Source of the DNA: Eledone cirrhosa
Lineage: Eukaryota
Direction of reading: 5' to 3'
NCBI GenBank assembly: GCA_964016885.1
Contig: OZ024740.1
Coordinates: 33,666,001 to 33,730,000 of the forward strand
DNA: 64,000 nt
In this document: positions 60,307-64,000 of the stretch, in pieces
Numbering within the stretch: position 1 is the stretch's first letter
How the letters are laid out: every line of letters starts with the position of its first letter
The notes under the pieces: model-generated
Databases searched by the model: none
Seen by the model: only the letters and a program-made list of their open reading frames with translations
What the model was told of the DNA's origin: nothing
Made by a program: the position numbers and the translations under genes

Positions 60307-63300
60307 AACTCTCTCTTACCATCAACCATCTTTACTGCTATCTTCCAACTCTCTCTCTTACCATCAACCATCTTTACTGCTACCTTCCAACCCTCTCTCT
60401 TACCATCAACCATATTTACTGCTATCTTCCAACTCTCTCTCTTACCATCAACCATCTTTACTGCTATCTTCCAACTCTCTCTCTTACCATCAACCATCTT
60501 TACTGCTATCTTCCAACTCTCTCTTACCATCAACCATCTTTACTGCCATCTTCCAACTCTCTCTTACCATCAACCATCTTTACTGCTATCTTCCAACTCT
60601 CTCTTACCATCTTTACTGCTATCTTCTAACTCTCTCTTACCATCAACCATCTTTACTGCTATCTTCCAACTCTCTCTCTTACCATCAACCATCTTTACTG
60701 CTATCTTCCAACTCTCTCTCTTACCATCAACCATCTTTACTGCTATCTTCCAACCCTCTCTTACCATCAACCATCTTTACTGCTATCTTCCAACTCTCTC
60801 TTACCATCAACCATCTTTACTGCTATCTTCCAACTCTCTCTCTTACCATCAACCATCTTTACTGCTATCTTCCAACTGTCTCTTACCATCAACCATCTTT
60901 ACTGATATCTTCCAACTCTCTCTTACCAATAACCATCTTTACTGCTATCTTCCAACTCTCTCTCTTACCAATAACCATCTTTACTGCCATCTTCCAACTC
61001 TCTCTTACCATCAACCATCTTTTCTGCTATCTTCCAACTCTCTCTCTTACCATCAACCCTCTTTACTGCTATCTTCCAACTCTCTCTTACCATCAACCAT
61101 CTTTACTGCTATCTTCTAACTCTCTCTTACCATCAACCATCTTTACTGCTACCTTCCAACTCTCTCTTACCATCAACCATCTTTACTGCTATCTTCCAAC
61201 TCTCTCTTACCAATAACCATCTTTACTGCTATCTTCCAACTCTCTCTTACCATCAACCATCTTTACTGCTATTTTCCAACTCTCTCTTACCATCAACCAT
61301 CTTTACTGCTATTTTCCAACTCTCTCTTACCATCAACCATCTTTACTGCTATCTTCCAACTCTCTCTTACCATCAACTATCTTTACTGCTATCTTCCAAC
61401 TCTCTCTTACCATCAACCATCTTTACTGCTACCTTCCAAGTCTCTCTTACCATCAACCATCTTTACTGCTATCTTCCAACTCTCTCTTACCATCAACCAT
61501 CTTTACTGCTATCTTCCAACTCTCTCTTACCATCAACTATCTTTACTGCTATCTTCCAACTCTCTCTTACCATCAACCATCTTTACTGCTAACTTCCAAC
61601 TCTCTCTTACCAATAACCATCTTTACTGCTATCTTCCAACTCTCTCTTACCATCAACCATCTTTACTGCTATCTTCCAACTCTCTCTTACCATCAACCAT
61701 CTTTACTGCTATCTTCCAACTCTCTCTCTTACCATCAACCATCTTTACTGCTACCTTCCAACTCTCTCTTACCATCAACCATCTTTACTGCTATCTTCTA
61801 ACTCTCTCTTACCATCAACCATCTTTACTGCTACCTTCCAACTCTCTCTTACCATCAACCATCTTTACTGCTATCTTCCAACTCTCTCTCTTACCATCAA
61901 CCATCTTTACTGCTACCTTCCAACCCTCTCTCTTACCATCAACCATATTTACTGCTATCTTCCAACTCTCTCTCTTACCATCAACCATCTTTACTGCTAT
62001 CTTCCAACTCTCTCTCTTACCATCAACCATCTTTACTGCTATCTTCCAACTCTCTCTTACCATCAACCATCTTTACTGCCATCTTCCAACTCTCTCTTAC
62101 CATCAACCATCTTTACTGCTATCTTCCAACTCTCTCTTACCATCTTTACTGCTATCTTCTAACTCTCTCTTACCATCAACCATCTTTACTGCTATCTTCC
62201 AACTCTCTCTCTTACCATCAACCATCTTTACTGCTATCTTCCAACTCTCTCTCTTACCATCAACCATCTTTACTGCTATCTTCCAACCCTCTCTTACCAT
62301 CAACCATCTTTACTGCTATCTTCCAACTCTCTCTTACCATCAACCATCTTTACTGCTATCTTCCAACTCTCTCTCTTACCATCAACCATCTTTACTGCTA
62401 TCTTCCAACTGTCTCTTACCATCAACCATCTTTACTGATATCTTCCAACTCTCTCTTACCAATAACCATCTTTACTGCTATCTTCCAACTCTCTCTCTTA
62501 CCAATAACCATCTTTACTGCCATCTTCCAACTCTCTCTTACCATCAACCATCTTTTCTGCTATCTTCCAACTCTCTCTCTTACCATCAACCCTCTTTACT
62601 GCTATCTTCCAACTCTCTCTTACCATCAACCATCTTTACTGCTATCTTCTAACTCTCTCTTACCATCAACCATCTTTACTGCTACCTTCCAACTCTCTCT
62701 TACCATCAACCATCTTTACTGCTATCTTCCAACTCTCTCTTACCAATAACCATCTTTACTGCTATCTTCCAACTCTCTCTTACCATCAACCATCTTTACT
62801 GCTATTTTCCAACTCTCTCTTACCATCAACCATCTTTACTGCTATTTTCCAACTCTCTCTTACCATCAACCATCTTTACTGCTATCTTCCAACTCTCTCT
62901 TACCATCAACTATCTTTACTGCTATCTTCCAACTCTCTCTTACCATCAACCATCTTTACTGCTACCTTCCAAGTCTCTCTTACCATCAACCATCTTTACT
63001 GCTATCTTCCAACTCTCTCTTACCATCAACCATCTTTACTGCTATCTTCCAACTCTCTCTTACCATCAACTATCTTTACTGCTATCTTCCAACTCTCTCT
63101 TACCATCAACCATCTTTACTGCTAACTTCCAACTCTCTCTTACCAATAACCATCTTTACTGCTATCTTCCAACTCTCTCTTACCATCAACCATCTTTACT
63201 GCTATCTTCCAACTCTCTCTTACCATCAACCATCTTTACTGCTATCTTCCAACTCTCTCTCTTACCATCAACCATCTTTACTGCTACCTTCCAACTCTCT

Positions 63301-63366
63301 CTTACCATCAACCATCTTTACTGCTATCTTCTAACTCTCTCTTACCATCAACCATCTTTACTGCTA
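60307..63366 (+). repeat. Tandem duplication of a 1533-bp diverged satellite unit
   Basis: GATATC at 60904/62437 and ORF-track entries at 60570/62103 are 1533 apart. The rare variants CCATATTTAC and CCAACCCTCTC occur in both copies. Confidence 0.9.
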
Positions 63367-64000
63367 TCTTCCAACTCTCTCTTACCATCAACCATCTTTA
63401 CTGCTATCTTCCAACACTCTCTTACCATCAACCATCTTTACTGCTATTTTCCAACTGTCTCTAACCATCAACCATCTTTACTGCTATCTTCCAACTCTCT
63501 CTTACCATCAACCATCTTTACTGCTATCTTCCAACACTCTCTTACCATCAACCATCTTTACTGCTATCTTCCAACTCTCTCTTACCATCAACCATCTTTA
63601 CTGCTATCTTCCAACTGTCTCTAACCATCAACCATCTTTACTGCTATCTTCCAACTCTCTCTTACCATCAACCATCTTTACTGCTATCTTCCAACGCTCT
63701 CTTACCATCAACCATCTTTACTGCTATCTTCCAACTCTCTCTTACCAATAACCATCTTTACTGCTATCCTCTAACTCTCTCTTACCATCAACCATCTTTA
63801 CTGCTATCTTCCAACTCTCTCTTACCGTCAACCATCTTTACTGCTATCTTCCAACTCTCTCTTACCAATAACCATCTTTACTGCTATCTTCTAACTCTCT
63901 CTTACCATCAACCATCTTTACTGCTATCTTCCAACTCTCTCTTACCAATAACCATCTTTACTGCCATCTTCCAACTCTCTCTTACCATCAACCATCTTTT

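Larger units (their letters stand above)
1..64000 (+). repeat. Satellite DNA array, 40-bp monomer ACTCTCTCTTACCATCAACCATCTTTACTGCTATCTTCCA, ~1,600 head-to-tail copies, open at both window edges
   Basis: The 40-bp periodicity is visible from base 1 (e.g. 41-80 and 81-120 match the consensus). Most monomers differ by 0-4 substitutions. Occasional 33/35/39/41/42-bp length variants occur. No inversion or non-satellite insertion was seen. Confidence 0.99.

Noticed and set aside
60249-62303. Four 66-94 aa minus-strand ORFs
   Set aside because: Same artefact: runs of 42/33-bp monomers copied by the 1533-bp duplication and a smaller internal repeat. They are not called as CDS.
1-64000. CRISPR array (repeat length is in the CRISPR range)
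   Set aside because: Repeats abut directly with no unique spacers, leader or cas genes.
1-64000. Giant repetitive protein gene (mucin, adhesin or antigen type)
   Set aside because: The 40-bp unit is not a multiple of 3, and the ORF track shows nothing longer than 94 aa on either strand.
1-64000. Telomerase-synthesised telomeric repeat
   Set aside because: No canonical TTAGGG/TTAGG/TTTAGGG motif is present. The unit is longer than the yeast telomerase repeats I know (up to ~25 bp), and variants are inherited in multi-kb blocks, implying DNA-level duplication.
1-64000. Canonical G-quadruplex or i-motif array, or hairpin-forming repeat
   Set aside because: The consensus has only GG dinucleotides on the minus strand (a single GGG in some variants). 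With one G per monomer on the + strand it has almost no self-complementarity.
1-64000. Pure sequencing artefact or rolling-circle concatemer of a 40-mer
   Set aside because: Rare variants recur in consistent order at several different multi-kb offsets, which random error or a single circular template would not produce. Exact copy numbers could still be mis-assembled.

Overview
The whole 64 kb window is one uninterrupted, head-to-tail satellite array of about 1,600 copies of a 40-bp monomer (consensus ACTCTCTCTTACCATCAACCATCTTTACTGCTATCTTCCA; A9/C15/T15/G1). All copies face the same way and the array runs off both edges. I see no unique sequence, gene, RNA gene, transposon or CRISPR spacer. 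The seven listed ORFs are by-products of 42-, 35- and 33-bp length-variant monomers. The information lies in the order of monomer variants, which shows nested higher-order repeats: 6/11/14-mer units of 240/440/560 bp inside tandem duplications of 3119, 3328, 4810, 5652, 5612, ~9000 and 1533 bp. There are two long indel-free homogenised domains and a more diverged zone at the right end. This fits a eukaryotic heterochromatic (centromeric, pericentromeric or subtelomeric) satellite. The organism and function cannot be determined from the sequence, and I cannot support a new protein-coding system here. All alignments were made by eye from rare marker variants, so block boundaries are approximate (about one monomer).
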